Positions 46,480-55,717 of a DNA stretch of 64,000 nt are shown piece after piece. This DNA comes from Candidatus Binataceae bacterium (GTDB lineage: Bacteria > Desulfobacterota > Binatia > Binatales > Binataceae): contig CAWBLQ010000003.1 in assembly GCA_963789715.1 (NCBI GenBank), forward strand, positions 523,916 to 587,915, given 5' to 3'. A model generated the notes under the pieces. The model was given only the letters and a program-made list of their open reading frames with translations. It searched no databases and had not been told where the DNA came from. Both the position numbers and the translations under genes were made by a program. The first letter of the stretch is position 1. Each line of letters begins with the position of its first letter.

Positions 46480-46554
46480 TGGTGCCCCGGCCGGGAATCG
46501 AACCCGGACTTGAGGTTCCGGAGACCTCCGTGATGTCCTTTTCACTACCGGGGC
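46480..46554 (-). tRNA. tRNA-Arg (anticodon CCG), 72 nt plus encoded CCA
   Basis: Reverse complement GCCCCGG-TA-GTGA-AAAGGACA-TCAC-G-GAGGT-CTCCGGA-ACCTC-AAGT-CCGGG-TTCGATT-CCCGG-CCGGGGC-A-CCA folds into a canonical cloverleaf by eye. The anticodon loop is CT-CCG-GA. Confidence 0.8.
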
Positions 46555-46620
46555 GAAACCATTCGGCAAAGGACAGAATTATATCAGCGATGCGTGGCGG
46601 ACAAGCCGAGCGAGAGTTGA

Positions 46621-47454
46621 TTGCCGCGCCGGGCCGGCGGCAACATAGTCCCGATGGCGACGAACACCGGTATCGATTCCGCGCAGGTCCTGCGCGAGCA
46701 ATACAAGGACGGCTCCAAGCTGTCGTCGCGCATCCGGCTTCATCAGCGCTTCAGCACCAATCGCTACGGGCAGACGCGCTGGATGCTCGATCGGATCCAG
46801 GTTCCTGAAGACGCGCGCGTGCTCGAGCTGGGCTGCGGCACCGGCTTGTTGTGGCGCGGCTCGACGCAGGTTCCACGCGGATGGCGCGTGATTCTAACCG
46901 ACATGTCGGACGGGATGATCCGCGAGACGCGCGCCAGTCTCGTTCGTCTCGGCCGTTCGTTCAGCTACTCGCAGGCCGACGCGCAGGCGATCCCGTTTTG
47001 CGACGCATCGTTCGACGCGGTGATCGCCAATCACATGCTCTATCACGTGCCCGACATTCCGCGCGCGCTCGGCGAGGTTCGGCGCGTGCTCAAGCCCGCG
47101 GGTTCCTGCTACGCGGCCACGATGGGCCTCGCTAACATGCGGGAGCTGGACCAACTTGCGGCGCGCTTTTTTTCGATTCCGCGAATGACGGAGTCGACCG
47201 CCCGCTTTGGCCTCGAGAGCGGCGAGGCTTACATGCGCCGGGCCTTCAGCGACGTGAAGCTCGAACGCTACCCAGACTCGCTGTTGGTGACCGAAGCTGC
47301 GCCGCTGATGGACTATATCTGCTCGATGCGCGTGCGCAGCAGAATCAGCGACGAACAGATCGCGGCGCTAAGGCGGCATCTCGACGACGAAATCGCGGCG
47401 CACGGCGAAATTCGAATCACCAAGGACTCAGGCTTGTTCATCGCGCGGCGCTAG
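46621..47454 (+). CDS. Class I SAM-dependent methyltransferase
   Basis: VLELGCGTG is motif I. ..LKPAGSCYAATMG.. is the post-II region, typical of a Methyltransf_11/12 fold. Confidence 0.8.
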   Translation: MPRRAGGNIVPMATNTGIDSAQVLREQYKDGSKLSSRIRLHQRFSTNRYGQTRWMLDRIQVPEDARVLELGCGTGLLWRGSTQVPRGWRVILTDMSDGMIRETRASLVRLGRSFSYSQADAQAIPFCDASFDAVIANHMLYHVPDIPRALGEVRRVLKPAGSCYAATMGLANMRELDQLAARFFSIPRMTESTARFGLESGEAYMRRAFSDVKLERYPDSLLVTEAAPLMDYICSMRVRSRISDEQIAALRRHLDDEIAAHGEIRITKDSGLFIARR

Positions 47455-48312
47455 TCAGAACAGGATCGACGGAATGAATCGGAATCGCGGTTCGTTGTAG
47501 AGGCCGACGGTCATCAGCGTCATCTGCTGGAACAGGCGCAGTCCCCTGCTGTAGCACCACCTGAGCAGTTCGCCATTGCGCGACGGCACCAGCGGGCCCA
47601 CGCCGAGAAAGGCCGGCGCCGCGGAAATCAGGGCCTTGAGCTCCTCGTTCGATTCACCGACGGCGTGGCCCGCGTATCCGATCGCGGTCGCGTAGCCGGT
47701 GATGCGCCCGAGATGCTCGACGACCGCGGCCGTGCCGCTCTTGATCGCGTCGCGCAGTTCGCCGCCGCGATCGTGTCCATGGACGAGGGCGCACAGCCGG
47801 TTGCAAGCGGCGAGGTCGGCGTCGGTGGCGGCACGAACCGGGTAGCCGGGGACTGACTCTTTGATCGGCGATCCCACCATCGCGGACAGCGGCTCGCGGA
47901 TCTCGAAGCCGAGCTTGGCATACAAGCTGAACGAGCGATTGTGATAGGCGGTCTGCACCAGCCGGACGCCGGGCAATCGATTGGCCGCGACGCGATCGAG
48001 CATGTGTTGCATCATCGCGCGGCCGGCGCCGCTGTTCTGCATGTCGGGATCGACGCTGATAGGACCGATTCCGCCCATCGGCGCGCGCTCGTCCATGAAG
48101 TTGCTGCCGGCGATTCGTCCGTTCAGCTCGGCGACGATTCCGTAAAAGCCGGGATTCGAAATCATGCCGCGGATTGTACCGACGGCGTTGTCGAGCGACG
48201 GAAACTCGTGCGGAAAGTTGTGCTGGTCGGCGATTCCGCAGAACGCGCGGTAACAGATCTCGCCGCAAACCTCGATGTCCTCGCGGGTCGCGCGTCTAAT
48301 CTGCGCGTTCAT
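47455..48312 (-). CDS. GNAT family N-acetyltransferase (two-domain)
   Basis: ..NSGAGRAMMQHMLDRVAAN...FSLYAKLGFE.. is the acetyl-CoA-binding motif. Confidence 0.65.
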   Translation of the reverse strand: MNAQIRRATREDIEVCGEICYRAFCGIADQHNFPHEFPSLDNAVGTIRGMISNPGFYGIVAELNGRIAGSNFMDERAPMGGIGPISVDPDMQNSGAGRAMMQHMLDRVAANRLPGVRLVQTAYHNRSFSLYAKLGFEIREPLSAMVGSPIKESVPGYPVRAATDADLAACNRLCALVHGHDRGGELRDAIKSGTAAVVEHLGRITGYATAIGYAGHAVGESNEELKALISAAPAFLGVGPLVPSRNGELLRWCYSRGLRLFQQMTLMTVGLYNEPRFRFIPSILF

Positions 48313-48342
48313 CTGCGGCGTCCTCCAAAAATCGACAACTGC

Positions 48343-49251
48343 TTATGCCGAAGCCTTGGTCTCGCGCAGCATCTCGGCGTGGCGCCGATCCGCCTCGGGC
48401 CGCGTCTGCGCAATCGTCTCGATCAGCGCATCGTGCAGCCGCCCGTTGGTCGCCACGATGTTCGCGCCGCCAAGGTCGAGCTCGGAGCCGTCCATGTTGG
48501 TCACGCGCCCGCGCGCTTCCTCGACCAGGATCGCGCCTGCCGCCACGTCCCATGGCCGCAGCCCGAATTCCCAGAAGCCGTCGGTACGCCCCGCGGCGAC
48601 GTAGGCGAGATCGAGCGCGGCCGAGCCGGTGCGGCGCACGCCCTGCGTGCGCGTCATGAATTCCTCCCAGAAGCACAGATAGAAGCGCCGGCGCTCGCGC
48701 CGATCGTACGCGAACCCCGTGCAGAGCAGGGCGGCGCCGAGGTTGGGCGTGGTGCTGACGCGAATCGGCTTGCCGTTGAGCCGCGCGCCCTGTCCGCGAT
48801 GCGCGATGAAGCATTCTTTCTTCAGCGCGTCGAAGACCACGCCGAACTGCACGCGCCCGCGCCGCTGGTACGCGATCGACACGCAGAACTGCGGATAGCC
48901 GTGCGCGAAGTTGGTGGTGCCGTCGAGCGGATCGATGATCCATCGATGGTCGCTTTGATGCGCGCTGGCGCCGCTTTCTTCTGCGAGGATCGCATGGGTG
49001 GGAAAGGCGCGATGGATAACTTCGATGATCGCCGCCTCCGACTCGCGATCGGCTTCGGTGACGAGATCGATCGAGTTGGACTTGCGGCTGATTGTTATTC
49101 TGCTGAGCCGTTTGAGGTGGATTCGGCCGGCGGCACGCGCAGCGCGGAGCGCAACCTGTTCGATTTCATTTGTCACGGTAAAGCAAAGTATTACTCGCCG
49201 CGAGAAGCGTCCAGCGCCGCGCGTCAGATCAATCGACAAGTCGCACGACAA
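48343..49251 (-). CDS. suhB: Inositol monophosphatase family protein (SuhB-like)
   Basis: ..IIDPLDGTTNFAHG.. and ..WDVAAGAILVEEARG.. are the signature motifs. The real start is probably a GTG near 49150 (..EIEQVALRAARAAG..). Confidence 0.8.
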   Translation of the reverse strand: MSCDLSIDLTRGAGRFSRRVILCFTVTNEIEQVALRAARAAGRIHLKRLSRITISRKSNSIDLVTEADRESEAAIIEVIHRAFPTHAILAEESGASAHQSDHRWIIDPLDGTTNFAHGYPQFCVSIAYQRRGRVQFGVVFDALKKECFIAHRGQGARLNGKPIRVSTTPNLGAALLCTGFAYDRRERRRFYLCFWEEFMTRTQGVRRTGSAALDLAYVAAGRTDGFWEFGLRPWDVAAGAILVEEARGRVTNMDGSELDLGGANIVATNGRLHDALIETIAQTRPEADRRHAEMLRETKASA

Positions 49252-49276
49252 ATCGACGCGCGATGCGAATCCGCAT

Positions 49277-50455
49277 CTACCAGCGCGGCGTCTCCGCCAG
49301 GCCCACGCCGAGCGCGACCTTGCCGAGCAGCTCGCGGGCGCGCGCGTTGGACAGCGGATGGTTCGTACCGGCGCGAACGTCGCGGTAGTAGCGCTCCATC
49401 GGGAATTTCTTCAGCATCCCGTGCGCGCCGACGACCTCCATGCAGTAGTCGACCGCGCGGATCGCGTTGTTGGTCGCGACATACTTCGGCATCACGACCC
49501 GCGCCAGTCCCGGCTCGCCCTTGAACGACTCGCGCTCGCCGATGTAGTCGCGGGCGACGCCGAGGTAGAGCGCGCGCGACTGCGCGATCAGCGCTTCGGC
49601 CTCGGCGATAGCGAACTGGATGCCGGGCAGGTATTTGATCGTGCGCGGCTGCGTCAGCGGCTTGAGGCGGCCGGCAAACTCCTTGGCGAACTTCAGCGCC
49701 GCAATCGCCACGCCGGTATAAGTCGCGGCGACCGAGATGCCGAACCACGCGAACAGCGAAATCGCCTGGTCGTTGACGGGGCCGATGGGCCGCGATTCCG
49801 CCATCGCGATCGCGGGCACCCGAACGTCCTTGATTACCAGGTCGTGGCTGGCCGTCGCCCGCATCCCCATCGCGTCCCAGGTTTCGACCAGCTCGAAGCC
49901 GGGCGTGCCGCGCGGCACGACGAAAGTGGCCGACGCCGGCGGACTCGAATCCTCGATCGTCGCCATCACCATGAACAGATCGATCACGGGCGAGAGGCTG
50001 GTGAAGGTTTTGCGTCCGTTGAGGACGTAAGTCTCGCCGTCGCGGCGCGCCCGCGTCGCGAAGTAGCCCCAATCGCCGCCGGTCTCGGGCTCGCTGATGC
50101 CGCCGCCGAGGATTTGATGCCCGCGCCCGACAACGTCGAAGAACAATTTCTCCTGCGGGCGCCCGGTGGCGCGCTCGACCATGCTGCCGATGCCGAACAG
50201 ATGCATGTTGATGGCGATGGTCGTCGCGGCGCAGCCTTGCGCGAGCTGCTCCTGGCAGAGCGCAAAATCCTCGAGGTCGGCGCCCAGTCCGCCGAATTTT
50301 TCGGGAATGACCAGCGCGGTGTAACCGGCCGCTTTCATCTTGTCGACGTTTTCGACCGGGAATGAATTGGCGCGATCGTGCTCCGCGGCGCGAGTGGCAA
50401 AGTCGGCCGCCAGCTCGGCGGCGAGCGGCACAAGTTGATTGCGTCGATCAGACAT
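49277..50455 (-). CDS. Acyl-CoA dehydrogenase family protein
   Basis: N-terminal all-alpha domain, middle beta domain and C-terminal alpha domain pattern (..YTGVAIAALKFAKEFAG.., ..RAVDYCMEVVGAHGM..). Confidence 0.8.
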   Translation of the reverse strand: MSDRRNQLVPLAAELAADFATRAAEHDRANSFPVENVDKMKAAGYTALVIPEKFGGLGADLEDFALCQEQLAQGCAATTIAINMHLFGIGSMVERATGRPQEKLFFDVVGRGHQILGGGISEPETGGDWGYFATRARRDGETYVLNGRKTFTSLSPVIDLFMVMATIEDSSPPASATFVVPRGTPGFELVETWDAMGMRATASHDLVIKDVRVPAIAMAESRPIGPVNDQAISLFAWFGISVAATYTGVAIAALKFAKEFAGRLKPLTQPRTIKYLPGIQFAIAEAEALIAQSRALYLGVARDYIGERESFKGEPGLARVVMPKYVATNNAIRAVDYCMEVVGAHGMLKKFPMERYYRDVRAGTNHPLSNARARELLGKVALGVGLAETPRW

Positions 50456-50562
50456 CGGTTGGACTCCGCATCGTCAAAGTGGCGCCGTCAACCGGCGACA
50501 TCCGCGAAACAAAAAATCGCACCGGGAAACACTGCCACGAAAGGGCGCGCGACGAAACCGGC

Positions 50563-51996
50563 CTACTTGCCCGCCGGAGTGTCTGCCGCAGCGATAGCCG
50601 ACGCATCAGGTGACGCGGGCGTCGGCAGCGCTGTCATCAGGCGCTGCGCGTACGGCATGATGGTCGTGAACAGATCGACTTGCGAGTCCAGCGTTTTGCC
50701 GAGTCCGCTCAGCAGACCCATCATGCGGCCGACCAGCAATACGTCGGCGGGGACTTCGACCACCGGATTGGCGCGTATCGCGCGCGGCAGCTCTTCGGAG
50801 AACTGCTCGATCAGGTCCTTGTCCGCGTACGCCTTCTTCGACTTGATGGTGCTGCCGAGAAACAAGTCGGCAAACGCCAGCAGCGTATCGGGATTGCCCG
50901 AGCGGGTGCGAAAGCCGAGCTCCTGGAAGGCCGCGATCACGCCCTCGCGATTCGCGGTCAGGATCGAAAACGTCAGCCGCACGATGCCGTCGCGAAACGC
51001 CGGCGGGAAATCCTTGGCCAGGCCGAAATCGAGCAGCACGATTTTGGGGCCCGGCTGAACCAGGATGTTACCCGGGTGCGGATCGGCGTGGAAAAAGCCG
51101 TCGCGCAGGACCTGGTCGCAGAAAATCTCGATCAGCTTCTGCGCGACCAGGTGCTTGTCGATCCCCGCACGCTCGAGCCCGTCGACATCGGTAACCTTGA
51201 CCCCTTCGAGCAGTTCCATCGTCAGCACGCGCCGCGTGGTGAAATCGCGGTAGACCTCGGGAACGATCACGCTCGAGTCCGCGGCGAAGTTGCGGCGCAT
51301 CGTCGCGGAGTTGTCGGCCTCGTGGATGAAGTCCAGCTCCATCGGGATGTACTTGAGCGCCTCGCGCATCAGGACCCGATAGTCGAAGTCGCGCTCGAGC
51401 TTCGCCAGCCAGCTCAGCACCAGCGTCATGTTGCGAAGGTCGGCGCGGACGATGCCGTCGATGCCGGGATACTGCACCTTGACCGCGCATCGGCGGCCGT
51501 CGTGGAGCCGCGCCCGATGCACCTGCGCGAGCGAGGCGGACGCCAGCGGCGCCGGATCGAACTCGGCGTAAACGGCCGCGAGCGGCCGGCGGAGTTCACG
51601 CTCGATCTGCTCGCGGATCATCGCAAACGGCCGCGGCGGTACGCGGTCGTGCAATCCGGAGAGCGTTGAGACCCATTCGTCGGGCAGCACGTCGGCCCGC
51701 GTCGCGATGAACTGGCATGCCTTGATGAGCAAGCCCTCCAGCCGGAGCGCGGTGCGGTTGAGAGCTTGCGCGGCGCGCAGATCCTGGCGGCGGTAGAGTT
51801 CGCGCTTGTTGCGATCGCTGATAAAGCGGGTCCAGAGCTGGGCGCCTTTGTAGCCCACGTACACGTACGCCGCGAGCCACACCACGTTGGAAAAACGCCA
51901 CGCGCGCGTCGCCAGTCCCGGCTCCGGCACGTCGGCGGGAAAATCGAAGCTGCGGTCGAGGCTCGAGTTGGTCATGCGCGGAGTCTTAACCATCAA
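50563..51996 (-). CDS. ubiB: ABC1/UbiB family atypical kinase
   Basis: ..PLASASLAQVHRARL..CAVKVQYPGI.., ..FFHADPHPGNILV.. and ..LLDFGL.. are the ABC1 kinase motifs. Confidence 0.85.
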   Translation of the reverse strand: MMVKTPRMTNSSLDRSFDFPADVPEPGLATRAWRFSNVVWLAAYVYVGYKGAQLWTRFISDRNKRELYRRQDLRAAQALNRTALRLEGLLIKACQFIATRADVLPDEWVSTLSGLHDRVPPRPFAMIREQIERELRRPLAAVYAEFDPAPLASASLAQVHRARLHDGRRCAVKVQYPGIDGIVRADLRNMTLVLSWLAKLERDFDYRVLMREALKYIPMELDFIHEADNSATMRRNFAADSSVIVPEVYRDFTTRRVLTMELLEGVKVTDVDGLERAGIDKHLVAQKLIEIFCDQVLRDGFFHADPHPGNILVQPGPKIVLLDFGLAKDFPPAFRDGIVRLTFSILTANREGVIAAFQELGFRTRSGNPDTLLAFADLFLGSTIKSKKAYADKDLIEQFSEELPRAIRANPVVEVPADVLLVGRMMGLLSGLGKTLDSQVDLFTTIMPYAQRLMTALPTPASPDASAIAAADTPAGK

Positions 51997-52358
51997 ATGC
52001 TACGTGATGCGTGCGCGTCAGGACAGACGGCAAGAGTGCACGTCATTCTAATGTGAAACCCGCGGTGGGTTTCACACTTCCTTCGGCAGGGGTGACCCCT
52101 GCACCCACCGATAAGAAAAGCTGCGGGCGGAGTTTACCCTGAGCGAAGCCGAAGGGTCCCTGTTAGAAGGGCTGTGGGGGAAATCACCTCGCCCCTCGGG
52201 AGAGGTCGGGCGGCGACACTAGTGCGGGCGGCTTGACTGAATATCATCTATTCGACTACATTATTCCGCCATGAAGCCGAGTGGTGATGTACGTCGAGTC
52301 CCCAATTCAATGAGGGTCCTCCTGAATTGAGACGGACATCGATATTTGGCTCAAAAAA

Positions 52359-52395
52359 GCCCCGGGCGCTTGCGAGCCCCGGGGCTTTTTCTTTT
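52359..52395. terminator. Rho-independent-type hairpin (GCCCCGGG-cgcttgcga-CCCGGGGC) flanked by A6 upstream and TTTTTCTTTT downstream, immediately before the MFS start codon
   Basis: Perfect 8-bp GC stem with U-tract, read directly. It is bidirectional in form. It ends about 30 nt upstream of the ATG at 52425. Confidence 0.5.
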
Positions 52396-52424
52396 GGCGC
52401 GTCAGACCGGGTGGGGAACTTTCC

Positions 52425-53678
52425 GTGGAAATCGCACGACCGCATGCTCCGACAATTCGCGATATCACTCGCCGCTACTACACGGTATGGGGTCTGTACT
52501 CGTTTGCCGGCGGATTTCTGTTCGGCGTTTATCCGATCTTCCTGCACTCGCGCGGACTCAACCAGTTCCAGATAAACAGCGTGCTGGCGACGTACTTCGT
52601 CGTCCTCTTTCTGACCGACGTGCCCACCGGCGCCTTCGCCGACCTGCTCGGCAGGCGCCGCTCCTACGTGCTCGGCGCGTCGCTGCGGGTCTGCGCCTTC
52701 CTCCTGTATTTCGTGGCGCATCATTACTATGTGTTCCTGATCGCCGAGAGTATCGACGGTATCGGCACGACCTTCGGCAACGGCGCGATTGATGCCTGGG
52801 GCGTCGACGCGCTCGACGACGCCGGCTACGACGGCCTCAAGGACCGGCTGTTCTCCCGCATCTCGCAACTGACGACGCTTGGCTTCATGGGTTCGGCGAT
52901 GATCGGCGCGTACGTGGCCGACATCAATATCGCGTGGCCGTGGCTGCTCGGCGCGGGCGGCTACCTTGTCAGCGGAGTGGTGGGCGCATTGCTGATGCAC
53001 GACGAGCGGCCGCGCAGCACGACCGTCAGGATTGCGGCGATCCCGCGGCGAGTCGCCACCGAGGTCGGCGGCGGCATCCGCGCCGGACTCGGCGCGAACA
53101 CCGTCCTCATGCTGAGCGTCGCGAGCGCAATCACAGTGGCCGCGTGGGTGCCGTACTGGATCTCGTGGCCGCTGATGTTCAACGAGCGCTTCGCGGTGGG
53201 CGTGTGGATCATCGGCTGGATCTATTGCGGGCTGTCGGCCGCGCGCCTGCTCGGCGCGGAGGTAAGCGCGCGCGTGGCGGCGGACGAAGCGCAGCGCGCG
53301 GCGCGGGTCAGCATGCTGGTTGTCGGCGCGAGCGCGATGCTGTTCCTGGCTGGCCTGTTCGGCGGGCGGCCGGTGGTTGCGCTCGTGATGCTGTTCATCA
53401 TGAACTTGTTCACGGGCGCGATGATGCCGCTGGTGCAGAGCTGGTTCAACGAGCAGCTCGAATCGGTCAATCGCGCGACGTTGCTGTCGTTCCGCACCAC
53501 GTTCGAGACGATGGGCGGCTCGATAGGCCTGCTGTTTGCCGGGCGAATTGCCGACGCGGAGGGCATTCCGTTCGAATGGCAGATCGCGGCGCTGATCTCG
53601 ATTTGCGCGGCGCCGGTGTATTGGGCGATGCGCCGGCGCGAGGACGCCGAGGTCGCGCTGGCAAGCCCGGCGAAGTGA
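52425..53678 (+). CDS. MFS transporter
   Basis: 12 predicted TM segments, the ..FADLLGRRRSYVLG.. MFS loop 2-3 motif, and a repeat of the 6-TM unit. Confidence 0.8.
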   Translation: MEIARPHAPTIRDITRRYYTVWGLYSFAGGFLFGVYPIFLHSRGLNQFQINSVLATYFVVLFLTDVPTGAFADLLGRRRSYVLGASLRVCAFLLYFVAHHYYVFLIAESIDGIGTTFGNGAIDAWGVDALDDAGYDGLKDRLFSRISQLTTLGFMGSAMIGAYVADINIAWPWLLGAGGYLVSGVVGALLMHDERPRSTTVRIAAIPRRVATEVGGGIRAGLGANTVLMLSVASAITVAAWVPYWISWPLMFNERFAVGVWIIGWIYCGLSAARLLGAEVSARVAADEAQRAARVSMLVVGASAMLFLAGLFGGRPVVALVMLFIMNLFTGAMMPLVQSWFNEQLESVNRATLLSFRTTFETMGGSIGLLFAGRIADAEGIPFEWQIAALISICAAPVYWAMRRREDAEVALASPAK

Positions 53679-53709
53679 TCGAAGGTCGGGGAGAGATGGA
53701 AGAAACCGG

Positions 53710-54477
53710 ATGAAAATTGTCCGATATGGCGCCGACGGCGGCGAGCGATACGGTGCGCTCGAAGGCGACCGGATTGCGCCGCTGGAAGGTGCGCTCGACG
53801 CGCTGAAGAGAACGCCGCGGGCCAAATCGATTCCGCTCGACACGGTCCGCCTGCGCGCGCCCGTTGCACCGAGCAAGATTGTCGCTGCCGGATTGAACTA
53901 CGGCGAATTCGTGCGAGACCTGAAAATCGAGCCGCCCAGAGAACCGCTGCTGTTCATCAAACCGTCAACCGCGGTGATTGGACCCGATGACGCGATCGTC
54001 TATCCGCCGCAGACGCAGGAGCTGTATTACGAAGGCGAACTGGCAATCGTGATCGCGCGCAGAGCGTGGCAGGTTCCGCTGTCCGAAGCACGACGATACG
54101 TGCTCGGTTACACCTGCATGAATGACGTCACCGCGGCCGACCTGCAAAATCGCGATCGCGAATTCACCCGCAGCAAGAGTTTCGACACGTTCGCGCCGCT
54201 GGGTCCGGTCATCGAGACCGCGATCGAGAATCCCGACGACCTTGCGCTCATGACGAGGCACAACGGAAAGCTTCGTCAGAATACCCGCACGTCGGATCTG
54301 ATTTTTAAGTCCGATTTCCTGGTCAGCTTCATTTCGCACATCATGACGCTGCTGCCCGGTGACGTCATTTCGACCGGCACGCCGCCGGGAGTCGGTCAAA
54401 TCAAGCCCGGCGATGTAATCGAAATCGAGATCGAACAAATCGGCGTGCTGACCAACACGGTCGCTGCGATGGAGTAA
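53710..54477 (+). CDS. Fumarylacetoacetate hydrolase (FAH) family protein
   Basis: ..YEGELAIVIAR.. , ..GYTCMNDVTAADLQ.. and ..SKSFDTFAPLGP.. are the FAH-fold metal-binding motifs (E, E, D). Confidence 0.8.
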   Translation: MKIVRYGADGGERYGALEGDRIAPLEGALDALKRTPRAKSIPLDTVRLRAPVAPSKIVAAGLNYGEFVRDLKIEPPREPLLFIKPSTAVIGPDDAIVYPPQTQELYYEGELAIVIARRAWQVPLSEARRYVLGYTCMNDVTAADLQNRDREFTRSKSFDTFAPLGPVIETAIENPDDLALMTRHNGKLRQNTRTSDLIFKSDFLVSFISHIMTLLPGDVISTGTPPGVGQIKPGDVIEIEIEQIGVLTNTVAAME

Positions 54478-54550
54478 GCCGCCGTGGAATACCGATACGC
54501 GCTTTCCGAGTCTGTTCCCTTGCGGGCGGTGTACACCTGCGCGCGGGCAA

Positions 54551-55546
54551 CTAGCGCGCCGCGCCGCTCGGGCGATCTTGCGGTTCGCGCGGGCTTGCAT
54601 CGCGCGAACCTGCTTCGCCGCCCGCGAGGGGGCGCATGGCCATCGCCAGGAGTCCGTCGAAAGCGCGATCTGGAAGCAGCCAGTGAAAGAACGCCATCAG
54701 CTTTGCGTCGGTGCCCACCAGGTACCGTGTGCGCGGCCGCCGCGCCGTAAGCGCGTGTTCAATGACCGCGGCCACGCGCTCGGCAGGTATCGCAGAGCGA
54801 TCCTGCATCGCGATCAGATTGCGAGTCATATCAATCTGCTGCCCGTAGTACCGAATGGCGTCGGCAGGGAGCCCGCGCGAGAGTTCGTCAACGTAGTCCT
54901 GGGCCTTCTCGAACATTTGCGTCTTGATTGAGCCGGGTTCGACAATCGAAACGTCGATACCGAACGGCTTGAGTTCCGCGCGCAGGCTGTCCGAGAGCGC
55001 CTCCAGCGCGAACTTCGAAGCAGCGTAGGGGCCCAGCAGTGGAGAGGCGACCTTGCCGCCGATCGACGAGACATTCACGATCCGCCCGCGGCTTCGGCGG
55101 AGCATCGGCATGAACGCCTGGATCACCGCCAAAGGTCCCACCAGGTTTATTTCCATTTGTCGGCGAAGCTCGGACGGCGCAAGAAACTCGATCGGGCCGC
55201 CGACCCCGACGCCAGCGTTGTTGACGAGCCCGATCAGCGGAAGTTCTCCCAAAGCCCGCTCCACCTGCGCGGCAGCGTCGGAGACGGCCTTTGCGTCAGT
55301 CACGTCCAATATCACGGGGCTCAGGCGCGACGACGCTGCCTTGGTCAGCGCCTCACCGTCGGACACTTTGCGCACGCCGGCGAAGACCCGGTAGCCGCGT
55401 TGGTCTAGATATAGCGCACATGCTTTGCCGATGCCGCTGGAAGCGCCGGTGATTACGACTCCGCCACCCGTGAGCCCGGGCACTTGCGCATCATTGGCCA
55501 GGCTTGTTCTCCTCGCGAGCCGACGCTGGACTAACGCAACCCGCAT
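54551..55546 (-). CDS. SDR family short-chain dehydrogenase/reductase
   Basis: VVITGASSGIGKA is TGxxxGxG. NNAG, S...YAASK is the catalytic triad. The start is probably a downstream alternative codon. Confidence 0.8.
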   Translation of the reverse strand: MRVALVQRRLARRTSLANDAQVPGLTGGGVVITGASSGIGKACALYLDQRGYRVFAGVRKVSDGEALTKAASSRLSPVILDVTDAKAVSDAAAQVERALGELPLIGLVNNAGVGVGGPIEFLAPSELRRQMEINLVGPLAVIQAFMPMLRRSRGRIVNVSSIGGKVASPLLGPYAASKFALEALSDSLRAELKPFGIDVSIVEPGSIKTQMFEKAQDYVDELSRGLPADAIRYYGQQIDMTRNLIAMQDRSAIPAERVAAVIEHALTARRPRTRYLVGTDAKLMAFFHWLLPDRAFDGLLAMAMRPLAGGEAGSRDASPREPQDRPSGAAR

Positions 55547-55717
55547 CTCCCGCTATCAAAATGTCGCGCGAGAGTTTGTCATCCTGACCGTAGCGAGCGA
55601 CGCAAGCGGAGGGAAGGATGACAGAATAACGCCTACTAGCGGCGTCGGCGGGGGTCCGTTAAAACTTATAGCTCGCGATTTTGGCGCACGCATCCAATCG
55701 CCAACCGCCAGAGCAAA

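Larger units (their letters stand above)
36649..46554. mobile_element. About 9.9 kb integrated genomic island at tRNA-Arg(CCG), bounded by the tRNA gene and a repeat of its 3' half, with a frameshifted tyrosine integrase adjacent to the tRNA
   Basis: The tRNA 3' end points into the island, the integrase is next to the tRNA, and a direct repeat of the tRNA 3' half lies at the far end. Each end also carries an internal gggcacggtcggggcacggtttc repeat (36796-36818 and 46405-46427). Confidence 0.55.
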
